Positions 30,979 through 41,199 of a DNA stretch of 64,000 nucleotides are shown piece by piece; the first letter of the stretch is position 1; every line of letters begins with the position of its first letter. This DNA comes from a virus. Lineage: Duplodnaviria; Caudoviricetes. The notes below the pieces were generated by a model, which saw nothing but the letters and a program-made list of their open reading frames with translations, did not search any database and was not told the DNA's origin. Where the stretch lies: positions 32,001 through 96,000 of the IMG/VR virus record IMGVR_UViG_3300028832_000112; one strand, written 5' to 3'. A program made the translations under genes and the position numbers.

Positions 30979-31416
30979 ATGTCTCGTAAACACATCTTCA
31001 CATACGTTATCGGAATCATTGTCGGTTTCCTCGTATTCTGCGCTGTCGATACGGCAATTCACTACAATTCGACGCTTGACGTAAACGTCCAGTGCTTCCA
31101 GCTCAAGGTTGACGAAGGCGCGAAGCCGAAGGCTGTCGTGTACGAGCCATCCAACGGCATCGCTGAAGTCTGGAAGGGCGTCTGCGAAACTGACGTGCTT
31201 CCCAAGGCAAGCAAGGAGAAGTGGACTAACTTGCATCCGCTAGAAACCCTCGTTGCTGGATTGCTGGCGGTCGCAGCGCTTTTCGTGGGCCTCATGGTTA
31301 TTTTGTTCTATTTAATCATTGGGGTTCTTGTTAGTTTGTACAGATGGGCGTTCAATCCGCTATATGACGACCAGTCTATTATCAGCGTCTACATCGACTT
31401 CGTCAAACACCCGTAG
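30979..31416 (+). CDS. membrane protein
   Basis: AGGAG SD, two TM segments. Confidence 0.75.
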   Translation: MSRKHIFTYVIGIIVGFLVFCAVDTAIHYNSTLDVNVQCFQLKVDEGAKPKAVVYEPSNGIAEVWKGVCETDVLPKASKEKWTNLHPLETLVAGLLAVAALFVGLMVILFYLIIGVLVSLYRWAFNPLYDDQSIISVYIDFVKHP

Positions 31417-31424
31417 GAGACAAA

Positions 31425-32288
31425 ATGGCCTATAAGATTTTGCAACTTTCTGATATCCACCTCGGTTCCGACTACGAAGGAAACTTGGACACCAAGAAGC
31501 AGTGGAAGGCTGTCCTCAAGGACGCCAAGATCACTGGCGGATATGATGCCGTCATCATCACTGGCGACTTGCTTGACGACAAGGTAAATGTCGATCCGGC
31601 TAACAACGCCAAAAGCGGCAAGGAACTTACTGACGAAGGTAAGCTCGGCAAGTACAAGGACATTCTCTACGATGCCAAGAGTTTGTGCGGATCTAGCGGC
31701 AAGCTGCTCGTGACACCGGGCAACCACGACAACCGCAAGCTTCTTGCGAAGGCCGCCGTCAGCATGGGCGTTGACAACGCTCGCGAGGATATGTTCGATA
31801 AACCGGGCGAGCACATCCAGTTTGCTCATATAGGTTCAAGAACCATCGTCTTGATTGACTCTGGCAACGGAGAACCGTACAAGGCCCTCGCCGAACTCGC
31901 ATATATGGCAAACCGCAACAAAGATTGGAAGCGTGACATGACGATGATCTTTACGCACAAGCCGTTCCAGTCTCCGAACTTGTACCACCGATTCATGAAG
32001 GACAACATGCTGCCGATCGATGTTTGCCATCATGCGGTTCAGTATGCGTCCGAATACTTCTGTGGCCATCTGCACCACTATGCATCGGTTCACGCAAGGC
32101 TTGCCGACAACGATTTCTGCATGACGGTCGCCCCTGGCATCCAGTGCCAGATCGACCCCTATTCTGCAAAGTGCAACGCGGTTCCGCTTCCGGGCTACTT
32201 GACCATCACGTTCAACAACTACGATTCCATTGTCGAGAAGCGTATCCATATCGTTGAGAACTGGCAAGAACTCGCAGAACAGAATTAA
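31425..32288 (+). CDS. calcineurin-like metallophosphoesterase (CpdA/Icc-like)
   Basis: SDIH, TGDL, PGNHD, TH, CGHLH. Confidence 0.9.
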   Translation: MAYKILQLSDIHLGSDYEGNLDTKKQWKAVLKDAKITGGYDAVIITGDLLDDKVNVDPANNAKSGKELTDEGKLGKYKDILYDAKSLCGSSGKLLVTPGNHDNRKLLAKAAVSMGVDNAREDMFDKPGEHIQFAHIGSRTIVLIDSGNGEPYKALAELAYMANRNKDWKRDMTMIFTHKPFQSPNLYHRFMKDNMLPIDVCHHAVQYASEYFCGHLHHYASVHARLADNDFCMTVAPGIQCQIDPYSAKCNAVPLPGYLTITFNNYDSIVEKRIHIVENWQELAEQN

Positions 32289-32310
32289 CGCGAACTTTGG
32301 TTCCGAAAAG

Positions 32311-32351
32311 ACAAGCCGCTGGTTGACAGTCGGCTTGTTTTTTGTTATATT
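32311..32351 (+). promoter_or_regulatory. terminator-promoter fusion
   Basis: hairpin ACAAGCCG..CGGCTTGT plus T-tract with TTGACA(32323) in loop, TATATT 17 nt later. Confidence 0.75.
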
Positions 32352-32414
32352 TCCCTTACAAAAACGATAAACTAGAGGCAAATTGTAAACAATATGAAAC
32401 AAAGAGGACACAGC

Positions 32415-35400
32415 ATGAAATACTGGTTGACTTTCATCCTCGCTCTGGCCATGTCGGTATTCGCTGCCGACTTGAGACCGTTCCATTTCGACAAGGTGGC
32501 GGACGACCACGAGGCGCAGCAAGAGGAATTCGAATACATGCTCAAGTACAAGCTCTTCGGACGCGACTACTTGACTATGGGCCGCCGTGTCATCATTCCA
32601 GACAAGTCTGGCTGGAACGGTAGCGCCAACGACATCACGTCGGCTGAACAGCTGTCAATCGGTGGCCCGACCCTCGCTGGCGGTTCGATCTCCGTAGGCG
32701 ACGGATGCAAGTTCACCACGGGCCCTATCCGAGCCACGTCCATGACGGCTGGCAATGACAATGGCGCACACTACTTCGCTGGAACCGTATGCTTGGCCAA
32801 TACGGCGGTTTCCAATGCCGTACAGACTGGTATCAACCGCGCACAAGGCACTCTCACCAGTACATGCCCAGAAGTGCCAGCGGCACCGACTAACTTGTCC
32901 ATACCGACGGTTCCGTGGCCGACGACCGGATACCAAGACGATATCATCATCGACCAGAACTACGGCGTCGCCTACATCGACGTGCCGGACGGAACCGACC
33001 AGTATGACCTCTATTACGACAAGATTCACTTAAACCGAGAGAGCAAGAACGCACCGGGCAAGGAAGGCGCTACTTTGTACATCCGCATGCAAGACGGCGG
33101 TCGTCTGACTCGTATCTTCGTGCATGACCTACAGATCGGAAACCACACGTCCATCCGAGTCGTGTACCGTACGGCCAACGGAGATTCCATCTTGCCGCAA
33201 GACGAATACCGTGGTAACGTGCTTATCTATTCCGACGGCGACATTTCGTTTGTAAATACAGACAACACGCCAATACAAGGTTCGTTCCTCAGCACGGCGG
33301 AAATCTCGCTGCAGTGCAACCTCGACTTCTCTGGACAGCTGCTTGCGAACAAGCTGTACATCGGTGACGACTTCAAGGGAGACCACTTCCACTTCGTCAT
33401 CTATGACCCGGACACGCTCGATATCGACCCTACGCTCAACAAGGACGGCGGACTTCGCGAGAACGACTCTACGGTGGTTCTCCCTATCCAGCTTTCCGAT
33501 ACGGCGACCGTCGACGTGTTCTTCAAGTTCTGCTTTGACCTGAAGGACGGCGTCACCGTCGATGACTTCAACATGGTTACGGATTTCCCTATCTGTGGAA
33601 CCGACTCGCCGAAGACCCTAGTCATCCCTACTGGCAAGAAGGTTCCCACCGAGCTGATCAAGGTAAACGTAAAGAAAGATACATTGACCGAGCCGAACGA
33701 CTACCTCGTATTGAAAATCTCCATTGAGTCTGGAGCTGTCCTTCCGAACAACAAGACGGACGGCGAACTCCGCGTGAAGATTATCGACGCCGACGTGGCC
33801 AAGAAGCTCTCGTTCGACACTACCGCCGTGTACACCGAGAAGGAAAACTACACTGGCATTGTGGACAACATAAAGATTGTCAACTATTCCGATGATGTGA
33901 AGTTCTATCTGGACTCCGCGTTCACTGGCCGTTACTCCATCGACGAGACCACTGGCGTCATTACTCTGCTGACTCCGGTCGACTACGAGACGACTCCTAT
34001 CGACACCATCAAGGTGACTGTCAAGGACACTGGCGACGTGGCAATTACTGGCTATATCCCCATTTCCGTAATCGACATCAACGAGAAGCCGATACTCAAC
34101 GATACCACGCTCGTATTCAGCGAGAATACTCCGATACCGACTATCGTGGGCGTTCTGAAGGCTACCGACGAGGACACCAATCCGAACTATAGCAAGAACG
34201 AATATTCCATCATGGAAGGCAGCAGCCACTTCGTCATCGATTCGAAGACTGGCCGCATCACCACGTCCAAGGTTTTCGACTACGAGACCGATACCACCGA
34301 GTTCGTGCTCAAGGTATTGGTGGCCGACATTGGACAGCCGACCGTGCTCTACGACACCGCCTTCGTGACTATCCGCGTGAAGGACGTGAACGAGGTTCCG
34401 ACGGTCAAGAACCAGACGTTCCATATTCCAGAAAACGTTATCGACACCGTAGGCAAGGTAAGCGGCGTCGATCCGGAAGGTAATAAGCTGACGTATGTAA
34501 TCACCAACGACGTTCCGTTCAAGATCGACTCGAACGGAGTCATTACAAACACAAAGCCGTTCGACTACGAGACCAGGAAGGATTACTTGGTGAAGGTCGA
34601 CGTATCGGACGGAACCTACATCATACCGATTGAAGTCAAGGTAATCGTCGACGACGTGGACGAGCCAGTGCATGCGCACGACACTACGCTCACCGTGGAC
34701 GAACGCCAGACTGGCCCCATCGGCAAGGTGACTGGAGAGGACGAAGATGGAAAGCCTGTTAAATTTAGTGGAAGTGATACTCTACATTATAATATTCATC
34801 CTACTACTGGTGTGGTGGAAGTGGTAAAGCCGTTCGACTACGAGACGACCAAGGTCGATACCTTGCTCGTGTTCGTGGAGGACGTGAACGGCAACATCGA
34901 CACCGCTACAGTCGTGGTCAAGGTGAACAACGTAAACGACCCGCCGAAGCTGCAGCCGAACGATTCATTGACTGTGCCGGAAAACTGCAAGAATTGCATC
35001 GTGGGCATCATTACGGCGACTGACCCAGACAAGGATCATATCAAGTACGAAGTGGCCGAGAAGGGCTTCACCATCGACTCCAGCGGCGTACTGAAGCTTA
35101 CCGACCCGGTCGACTACGAGAAGACGCCGACAGTGAAGGTGACTGTAATCGCATCCGATCCGTCTGGCGCTGCTGACACCATGACCTATACGGTGAAGGT
35201 GACTGACATCAACGAGCCAGTCCATGTGAAGGACACCACTTGCTCCGTCGCCGAGAATGTCACTGGGCCGACTGGCTGCAAGGTGACTGCTTGGGACGAG
35301 GACAAGACTACTCCGAAGTTCACCGTGACCGACACTACTCGTTTCGGCATCGACTCCACTGGCGAAATCATCGTCAAGCAGCCGTACGACTACGAGAAGA

Positions 35401-37235
35401 AGACCAAGGACACAGTGACCGTCATCGTTACGGACGGCGAGTTCTCTGACACGGCCACTGTCGTTATCAAGGTTATCGACGTTCCAGAAAAGACCGAGAT
35501 TACCGAGGTAGATGACCAGCCGAAGCAAGACACCATCAGGACGAACGATCCAGACCACAAGATCGACTACAAGATCTGTGAGGACAAGAAGTGCATCGTT
35601 GACAGCATCCCGGTGACGACCCACAAGGACACCGTGGTCAAGGTATGCAACGAGAAGAAGACTTCTTGCGACCAAGTGGTTATCTTGTTCAGTGACGCTC
35701 CTCCGGTGGTCATCCTCAAGAATACCGAGAATACCACGGCCTTGATCGACTACATCACCATCGAGGAAAAGAAGGACGACCACATCTATGTGAACAAGAA
35801 GGACAACGCTCTCCAAGTGACCGTCAAGGACACCGTCCACAAGACGGAAAAGCACTTCGATATCGACGTCAAGCTTGATACCGTGTCCGTGAAGACGTCC
35901 CACGTCAAGGACTACAGCTATCTGGTAGACGAGAGCAATGCCACCGTTACGCCCATAGGCGGCGGTCTGGCGGAAGTCTCCGAGACTATCAAGGTGGATG
36001 GCGTCAAGGTGACTATCACGAAGGTCGTCAATGCCAAGACGATGGATCCAGTGGACACGACGCAGACGGTGTCTTACAAGACCACCGAAGGCGGCAAGGA
36101 AGTCACGATTACCTACACTACGGACAACCTCACTGGTCAGCGCATTTCCGACTACCATGTTTCGTACAACATTGATTCTTGCACCACGGTCTCCTATGAC
36201 CTCGATGACAAGAAGAAGGTCGTGAAGAACAAGGAAGGAAACGTCGCTTATACGGTCAAGTACGACTACACCGACGAGTATGGCAACAAGGCTTCTGCCG
36301 AAGTCGAAATCGTATTCGACGACATTCCGCCGAAGGTCGAGATCCGTACGCCGAACTCGATGGAACGCTTCAACACGAACGCCATCAAGGTCGAGTGGAC
36401 TGTCAACGGAGTAACCCAGGATACGCTTAATCTGCAGCGTCTTGAGAAGGGCTTGAACTACGTAATCCGCCGTTACGTGGACAAGGCTGGAAACGTGGCC
36501 GCCGATACTGTAGCGGTATTCATGGCCGAGGCGAAGGATATCGACATTTCCATCATCAACCCGGTCACCAAGGTTGACCAAGACAAGGTTGACGAATACT
36601 ATGCCGACCACAAGTACGACGCCAAGAATCCGTACAGCATCCAGTTCACCGATCCGGACTCCAGTAAGTTGCCTGAGACCATCGGCATCGGCTTCAAGAT
36701 CGACATCGTGCTTCCTAGCGTTTCTGCAACTGGCGGACTCGCTACGCTTGACGATATCGTGAAGAATGGCCAGATCCCAGTCGACGACAAGGGCAACATC
36801 GTGGGCGCTTCCACGAAGGGAATCCCGGTCGACCAGTATGTGGAAGAACACTGCACCGACGAGTTCAAGAAGGATTACAAGAAGCACGGTCTCGACATTC
36901 CTCTGTATGACGTGACCTACAACCTTCACCTCTGGGTGTTTACCACGCAAGCCAACTACGTGAACGACTTCCGCGTCGAATACAAGCTCAATGACCAAGC
37001 CAAGGTGACGGACGCCGGAACTGTCCAGATGGTTCTTGACTGGCTGACCGACAAGGAAGGCAACGTGAAGGCCAAGAACGGTCACGCCATGGGCACTGGA
37101 GCCTATATCACCAAGCTTGAGTCCAAGTCCATCGCCAAGCACCGCTGCGACTACAAGGAGCAGAAGAAGGGCGACAAGACGGTCAAGAAGGAAGACGACA
37201 TGACTACGTTCGGCTACAAGAGGCCGACAAAGTAA
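32415..37235 (+). CDS. secreted cadherin-repeat surface protein, Fibrobacter-type
   Basis: signal peptide MKYWLTFILALAMSVFA; six DYE(T/K)...D(I/V)NE.P cadherin repeats; C-terminal GTGAYI...FGYKRP. Confidence 0.85.
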   Translation: MKYWLTFILALAMSVFAADLRPFHFDKVADDHEAQQEEFEYMLKYKLFGRDYLTMGRRVIIPDKSGWNGSANDITSAEQLSIGGPTLAGGSISVGDGCKFTTGPIRATSMTAGNDNGAHYFAGTVCLANTAVSNAVQTGINRAQGTLTSTCPEVPAAPTNLSIPTVPWPTTGYQDDIIIDQNYGVAYIDVPDGTDQYDLYYDKIHLNRESKNAPGKEGATLYIRMQDGGRLTRIFVHDLQIGNHTSIRVVYRTANGDSILPQDEYRGNVLIYSDGDISFVNTDNTPIQGSFLSTAEISLQCNLDFSGQLLANKLYIGDDFKGDHFHFVIYDPDTLDIDPTLNKDGGLRENDSTVVLPIQLSDTATVDVFFKFCFDLKDGVTVDDFNMVTDFPICGTDSPKTLVIPTGKKVPTELIKVNVKKDTLTEPNDYLVLKISIESGAVLPNNKTDGELRVKIIDADVAKKLSFDTTAVYTEKENYTGIVDNIKIVNYSDDVKFYLDSAFTGRYSIDETTGVITLLTPVDYETTPIDTIKVTVKDTGDVAITGYIPISVIDINEKPILNDTTLVFSENTPIPTIVGVLKATDEDTNPNYSKNEYSIMEGSSHFVIDSKTGRITTSKVFDYETDTTEFVLKVLVADIGQPTVLYDTAFVTIRVKDVNEVPTVKNQTFHIPENVIDTVGKVSGVDPEGNKLTYVITNDVPFKIDSNGVITNTKPFDYETRKDYLVKVDVSDGTYIIPIEVKVIVDDVDEPVHAHDTTLTVDERQTGPIGKVTGEDEDGKPVKFSGSDTLHYNIHPTTGVVEVVKPFDYETTKVDTLLVFVEDVNGNIDTATVVVKVNNVNDPPKLQPNDSLTVPENCKNCIVGIITATDPDKDHIKYEVAEKGFTIDSSGVLKLTDPVDYEKTPTVKVTVIASDPSGAADTMTYTVKVTDINEPVHVKDTTCSVAENVTGPTGCKVTAWDEDKTTPKFTVTDTTRFGIDSTGEIIVKQPYDYEKKTKDTVTVIVTDGEFSDTATVVIKVIDVPEKTEITEVDDQPKQDTIRTNDPDHKIDYKICEDKKCIVDSIPVTTHKDTVVKVCNEKKTSCDQVVILFSDAPPVVILKNTENTTALIDYITIEEKKDDHIYVNKKDNALQVTVKDTVHKTEKHFDIDVKLDTVSVKTSHVKDYSYLVDESNATVTPIGGGLAEVSETIKVDGVKVTITKVVNAKTMDPVDTTQTVSYKTTEGGKEVTITYTTDNLTGQRISDYHVSYNIDSCTTVSYDLDDKKKVVKNKEGNVAYTVKYDYTDEYGNKASAEVEIVFDDIPPKVEIRTPNSMERFNTNAIKVEWTVNGVTQDTLNLQRLEKGLNYVIRRYVDKAGNVAADTVAVFMAEAKDIDISIINPVTKVDQDKVDEYYADHKYDAKNPYSIQFTDPDSSKLPETIGIGFKIDIVLPSVSATGGLATLDDIVKNGQIPVDDKGNIVGASTKGIPVDQYVEEHCTDEFKKDYKKHGLDIPLYDVTYNLHLWVFTTQANYVNDFRVEYKLNDQAKVTDAGTVQMVLDWLTDKEGNVKAKNGHAMGTGAYITKLESKSIAKHRCDYKEQKKGDKTVKKEDDMTTFGYKRPTK

Positions 37236-37252
37236 TCGAACGGAGAATTGAC

Positions 37253-37291
37253 AAAGGCTGCCTAGACAATAGGCGGCCTTTTTGCTATATT
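37253..37291 (+). promoter_or_regulatory. terminator-promoter fusion; leaderless start at 37299
   Basis: AAAGGCTGCCT..AGGCGGCCTTT with TAGACA-N17-TATATT. Confidence 0.75.
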
Positions 37292-37298
37292 ATGCATT

Positions 37299-37835
37299 AT
37301 GAAGCCTCATATCTACAGTTCGTACGAAATCTTCCATGCCGAAAATGTCGGCTGGGGAGTAGACGACCATCTGCGTAATAACCAGTTCGTCAAGCTTTCG
37401 GAATATGATGAGAAGGTAGCTGAACTTACTGGCGACCAGCGGCTCAATTTCGAAATGTTCTTTGACGAGCGTGAGGATAATCGGTATTTGAGGCAACGTG
37501 TAGACCAGCTGGAACGTGAAAACGCCGCTCTCGTTGAACAGCTCCGCAAGGCGGTAGAAAACCAGTTGCCATGGATTCCGTGTTCGCTCAAGATACCCGA
37601 ACGTGGAGAATTCGTTTTCGTCAATGGCAGCCAAGGAGTAGAGGTTCGATGCTGGGATACGATGGATGACACCGACGACTATGACGGACATCCTATCAGC
37701 TGGGACGCTTGGTTCAAAGAGACCGAGGTGGACGGCGATCCTTACTTCTGGATAGATTTTGACGATGTGAAAGCCTGGATGCCTATTCCGAAGGATCCAG
37801 AGGAACCTAAAAAAGACGAGGAACAACATGTATGA
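37299..37835 (+). CDS. DUF551-like phage protein
   Basis: WIPCSLKIPE...VKAWMPIP. Confidence 0.7.
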   Translation: MKPHIYSSYEIFHAENVGWGVDDHLRNNQFVKLSEYDEKVAELTGDQRLNFEMFFDEREDNRYLRQRVDQLERENAALVEQLRKAVENQLPWIPCSLKIPERGEFVFVNGSQGVEVRCWDTMDDTDDYDGHPISWDAWFKETEVDGDPYFWIDFDDVKAWMPIPKDPEEPKKDEEQHV

Positions 37836-38085
37836 TGATTACATTCCCAATGATATGTTTGGCTGTGTCGTTTACTTGATTTTCGGCATCATTGCCATTG
37901 CTCTCATCGTATGGATGTGCGTTGGCAAGGATGAACAAGGTACGCTGTACATGGTAGGAAGCGACGACCCGGTCTGCACTGGTACGCTTCACACGACGTA
38001 CAACGGATACGGTAGCGATACGCACACGTTCCATTGCGACGATGGCCGTGTCATTAAGGAAGTTACGAACTTTATCTTGAAGTAG
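37828..38085 (+). CDS. small membrane-anchored protein
   Basis: one TM helix, GAGGA SD. Confidence 0.65.
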   Translation: MYDDYIPNDMFGCVVYLIFGIIAIALIVWMCVGKDEQGTLYMVGSDDPVCTGTLHTTYNGYGSDTHTFHCDDGRVIKEVTNFILK

Positions 38086-38093
38086 GAACAGTT

Positions 38094-38840
38094 ATGCCGA
38101 CCGAAGAAATTAAAGAACTGATCAACGCCAAGGACGCTGCCGACATTTCGTCGAAGAAAGTTATCAAGTCTTTCATGAAGGATGTCAACAAGGCTATTCG
38201 CTCGGCATCCAAGGAAGGCGCATACGAGGTTTCCATTGATAACTATGGTACTGGCGGAACTATAATCAAGACAAAACCGCTGGCAAATTCGATCGAGCTC
38301 ATGCTGCAGATTGCCGGGTATAAGGTTGACTGCTTGTTTGATGACGATTTCTGCTGCTATCGTTTCTATATCGACTGGACTCCGCAAGAAACCGCATTGC
38401 CAGTATTCCCTACCGACAAGGAATTGGACGAGGCTCGCAAGAGGTTTTCCGTAGCTCAACACGATGCACGAAAAATCCATCCAGTGGGACAGCAGCGTGA
38501 TCCGTTCGCTGACTACGACCGAGAACGCTTCGCTCGCGAGCTCAAGGATGCTAACTTTTTGCTGTCTGGCTGGCTTGAGGAAGAAACCAAGCTGCGTAAC
38601 CAGATTGTCGCCTTGATGAACCAAGTCACTTGGTATAAGGGCGGCCAAATTCCGGGACGGCTCGACGTCGCCATCTTGAAGGATGGAAAGACTGTTATCG
38701 GAGTTCCGAACAAGGACGGCTCGTTCGATATCAAGTATGTCATTATGAAGAACTCGCCAGATTGTAAGGTTGAGAACTTGTCTGTATCCCAAGACGATGT
38801 CGTCATGTGGAAGCATGCAAATGTACCGCCGGAGAAGTAG
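38094..38840 (+). CDS. hypothetical protein
   Basis: operon context. Confidence 0.75.
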   Translation: MPTEEIKELINAKDAADISSKKVIKSFMKDVNKAIRSASKEGAYEVSIDNYGTGGTIIKTKPLANSIELMLQIAGYKVDCLFDDDFCCYRFYIDWTPQETALPVFPTDKELDEARKRFSVAQHDARKIHPVGQQRDPFADYDRERFARELKDANFLLSGWLEEETKLRNQIVALMNQVTWYKGGQIPGRLDVAILKDGKTVIGVPNKDGSFDIKYVIMKNSPDCKVENLSVSQDDVVMWKHANVPPEK

Positions 38841-38842
38841 CT

Positions 38843-39451
38843 ATGCAAGGTGATACCTACTGTTATACAATCAAGCAGATCGACGACTATCTGGCGACGA
38901 CTGGATTAACCGGGTTTGCGCTAGAAAACGAACGTCATCGGCTTATCGACCGTCTTTCTGTTCGTCTCAGTGGTACGGTCGATCCAGAGTCCGACGTGTT
39001 CTCTGGACATGACAAGGCTCAGTCGTTGATGAAAGCTGGGTTCGAACGGTATGAAATGATGATCGAGTTCATGAAGGCTCGTCGTGAAGGCGAATACGAC
39101 GTCGAGGAATACAAGGCTGTCCCCGCGCCTACAGCTATCAACGACGGCTTCTTGGACATGGCTGCCTTGCTGTTCGACCGTGGCACCGAAATACATAATG
39201 CAAAGTTTGTGTACTGCAGCGAGTCCATAGAAATGAAGTTCGACTCGGTTCCGGGCTTGAAGTTCGGTATCGAGATCTTCTACGATACGCCAGACTTGAT
39301 GTATGTGGATGCCACCGTCGATACGACTACCGAGAACTACGTTGCCAATCCGGACAATACGAAGTTCTACGTGAGCGAGATGCCAGCGTACGACGTGAAT
39401 TCATTGGCTAGCTATATCGACCAGCATGTCAAGTACTGGAAGGAAAGATGA
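38843..39451 (+). CDS. hypothetical protein
   Basis: operon context. Confidence 0.75.
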   Translation: MQGDTYCYTIKQIDDYLATTGLTGFALENERHRLIDRLSVRLSGTVDPESDVFSGHDKAQSLMKAGFERYEMMIEFMKARREGEYDVEEYKAVPAPTAINDGFLDMAALLFDRGTEIHNAKFVYCSESIEMKFDSVPGLKFGIEIFYDTPDLMYVDATVDTTTENYVANPDNTKFYVSEMPAYDVNSLASYIDQHVKYWKER

Positions 39452-39564
39452 GTTTTCTCGGCTATCTCTGCTTTGCGGCTATAATGCTAGAAATGGTGAT
39501 CGTTTGGCCACCATTTCTTATAGTCTTTGTTATTTTCTGTATAATCGGAATTTGCTTTTGCTGA
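39448..39564 (+). CDS. 38-aa hydrophobic peptide (not in ORF track)
   Basis: MSFLGYLCFAAIMLEMVIVWPPFLIVFVIFCIIGICFC; ATGA overlap. Confidence 0.5.
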   Translation: MSFLGYLCFAAIMLEMVIVWPPFLIVFVIFCIIGICFC

Positions 39565-39565
39565 A

Positions 39566-40051
39566 CTATTCCGGCTCGTTCTCGCAAAACGCGCTGCATT
39601 CTGGGCATCTTGAACGGTAGTTGCCAGCTGGCATGCTTGTACAGTATTGCCGCGATATGGCGAACTCGCAACCGCACTGGCAAACGAAGTGAAGTTTCCT
39701 TCCGTGCTTGAGTATGACCATATCCGTCTGGTTTAGCGGTGCCGTCTGGGCTAACAACCGCTTTTTGCATTCGGCTTCTTGGCGACGATACCGTTCCTCT
39801 GGGGACATCTTGCCTTGCTTGTAGGATTGTGTTCCTGGGTCGCCTTCTTTTATTGCGCCAGCATTGAGTAGTTCTTTAGTTTCGCACGAAGTCTGCGTGT
39901 CATTGAGGAATGTGACACCGTACCAGTCTCTGTCGGTAAGGTAATTTAGCGCCTTGATCGTGCTGACGTCGTGGATTTGAAACGCATGGTCTTTGAATAC
40001 GCCGTCGGTGTGTATGAGTCGTTCGCGGTCGACTGCAACTGAAATAAGCAT
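39566..40051 (-). CDS. hypothetical protein, Zn ribbon
   Basis: CQCGCEF...CPEC; AGGAG SD. Confidence 0.7.
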   Translation of the reverse strand: MLISVAVDRERLIHTDGVFKDHAFQIHDVSTIKALNYLTDRDWYGVTFLNDTQTSCETKELLNAGAIKEGDPGTQSYKQGKMSPEERYRRQEAECKKRLLAQTAPLNQTDMVILKHGRKLHFVCQCGCEFAISRQYCTSMPAGNYRSRCPECSAFCENEPE

Positions 40052-40060
40052 TTGGTCTCC

Positions 40061-40465
40061 TTATAGGTCTGCTGCGGTAAGACGCTCGTCCGTATTGCAC
40101 TCGAATACTTTGTTCTTGAACGTCTCGTTTGTGTCCCAAGACATATTGGACAAATGAAGAAGCTCATTGCTGTCATACGAGGCTACTTGGAACGAGTCGA
40201 GACGGTTTGGCAACCCCTTCTTTCCGTTCAGCTGGTCGGCTTGTTCGGCTACCGTGTAGGATTCCTTTCGGTCGGCGTAGGAATAGTTGCCATCATCGTC
40301 CTTGACGATAAATCCGTACCAAGTAGGCTCGTTGTTGCACTTCCACTCGCACCGTTCCTTGTCTGAGTCCAGCGTGAACGACGCTTTACCGTGGTCGGTT
40401 CCTACCGCCCACGGCAATTCGAAGTTCGGCGCGTAGCCGACGAATGCTGCCACTACGGTTTTCAT
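40061..40465 (-). CDS. hypothetical protein
   Basis: operon context. Confidence 0.7.
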   Translation of the reverse strand: MKTVVAAFVGYAPNFELPWAVGTDHGKASFTLDSDKERCEWKCNNEPTWYGFIVKDDDGNYSYADRKESYTVAEQADQLNGKKGLPNRLDSFQVASYDSNELLHLSNMSWDTNETFKNKVFECNTDERLTAADL

Positions 40466-40467
40466 GG

Positions 40468-41127
40468 CTATCCCGCATTGTATGACGAACAAATTACCTT
40501 CGCCTTGGTGTCACGGTACATTTCTCCGGAGTAGACGCCGATTTCGGTGATGGATTCCACTCGCTGGCACTCGTGGATGTTGAACGACTGGTCGAAGATG
40601 ATGTCGTAGTCGTTGTACTGGCGATAACGGTTGAACTTCGACTTGCAGATTTCTTCCAATGTAGCCTTGTCCACGCATGCGATTACTGCCGAGTCGTAGC
40701 TGTCGTATCCGTCGTCGGAGAGCTTTACCATGAACAGACGGAACTGTCCGTGCTCGACGAGGTCTTGGCGGCGTTGTTCAATCAATGCACCTACCTTGCG
40801 GTCGAAGTCGTCAGTGTCTACGCAAGTGTACATCTGCCAAGGCATATCGCTCAATACCTTGTTGCCACTATTGTCCTTGATCCAGCTGGATACACGGAGG
40901 AGCCCATTATGGTTCTTGAAGTGCTGGATCATGCCGACACAGACGTCGGAACCCTCGATGTAGAACTTCACACCACAGTCAGCATAGGCCGTGTAGTCGA
41001 TTTCGAGTCTCGGAACTCCCTTGATGGATACCCACGTCTCGAATTTCGGTACGAGGTGGTGTTTCTGTATGATGGGTTCGAGACCCAGTTTCTTGATTTC
41101 TTGCGCTATGAGTTCATCTGCTATCAT
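40468..41127 (-). CDS. hypothetical protein (leaderless)
   Basis: ATG 7 nt after reverse TATATT. Confidence 0.75.
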   Translation of the reverse strand: MIADELIAQEIKKLGLEPIIQKHHLVPKFETWVSIKGVPRLEIDYTAYADCGVKFYIEGSDVCVGMIQHFKNHNGLLRVSSWIKDNSGNKVLSDMPWQMYTCVDTDDFDRKVGALIEQRRQDLVEHGQFRLFMVKLSDDGYDSYDSAVIACVDKATLEEICKSKFNRYRQYNDYDIIFDQSFNIHECQRVESITEIGVYSGEMYRDTKAKVICSSYNAG

Positions 41128-41134
41128 GTGAATA

Positions 41135-41192
41135 AATATAGCAATTTGTCCATGCCGTGTCTATTGACCGCATCAGTGTATTTTACTATATT
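41135..41192. promoter_or_regulatory. divergent early promoters, both leaderless
   Basis: TAGACA-N17-TATATT (-) and TTGACC-N17-TATATT (+). Confidence 0.8.
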
Positions 41193-41199
41193 GGAAACC

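Noticed and set aside
33780-35500. Recurring GACTACGAGA nucleotide repeats
   Set aside because: They encode the cadherin DYE motif and are not a DNA-level repeat element or DGR
40573-41199. N-terminal extension of the 40573-41754 ORF
   Set aside because: Antisense to a real gene and crosses the promoter; the likely start is 41200
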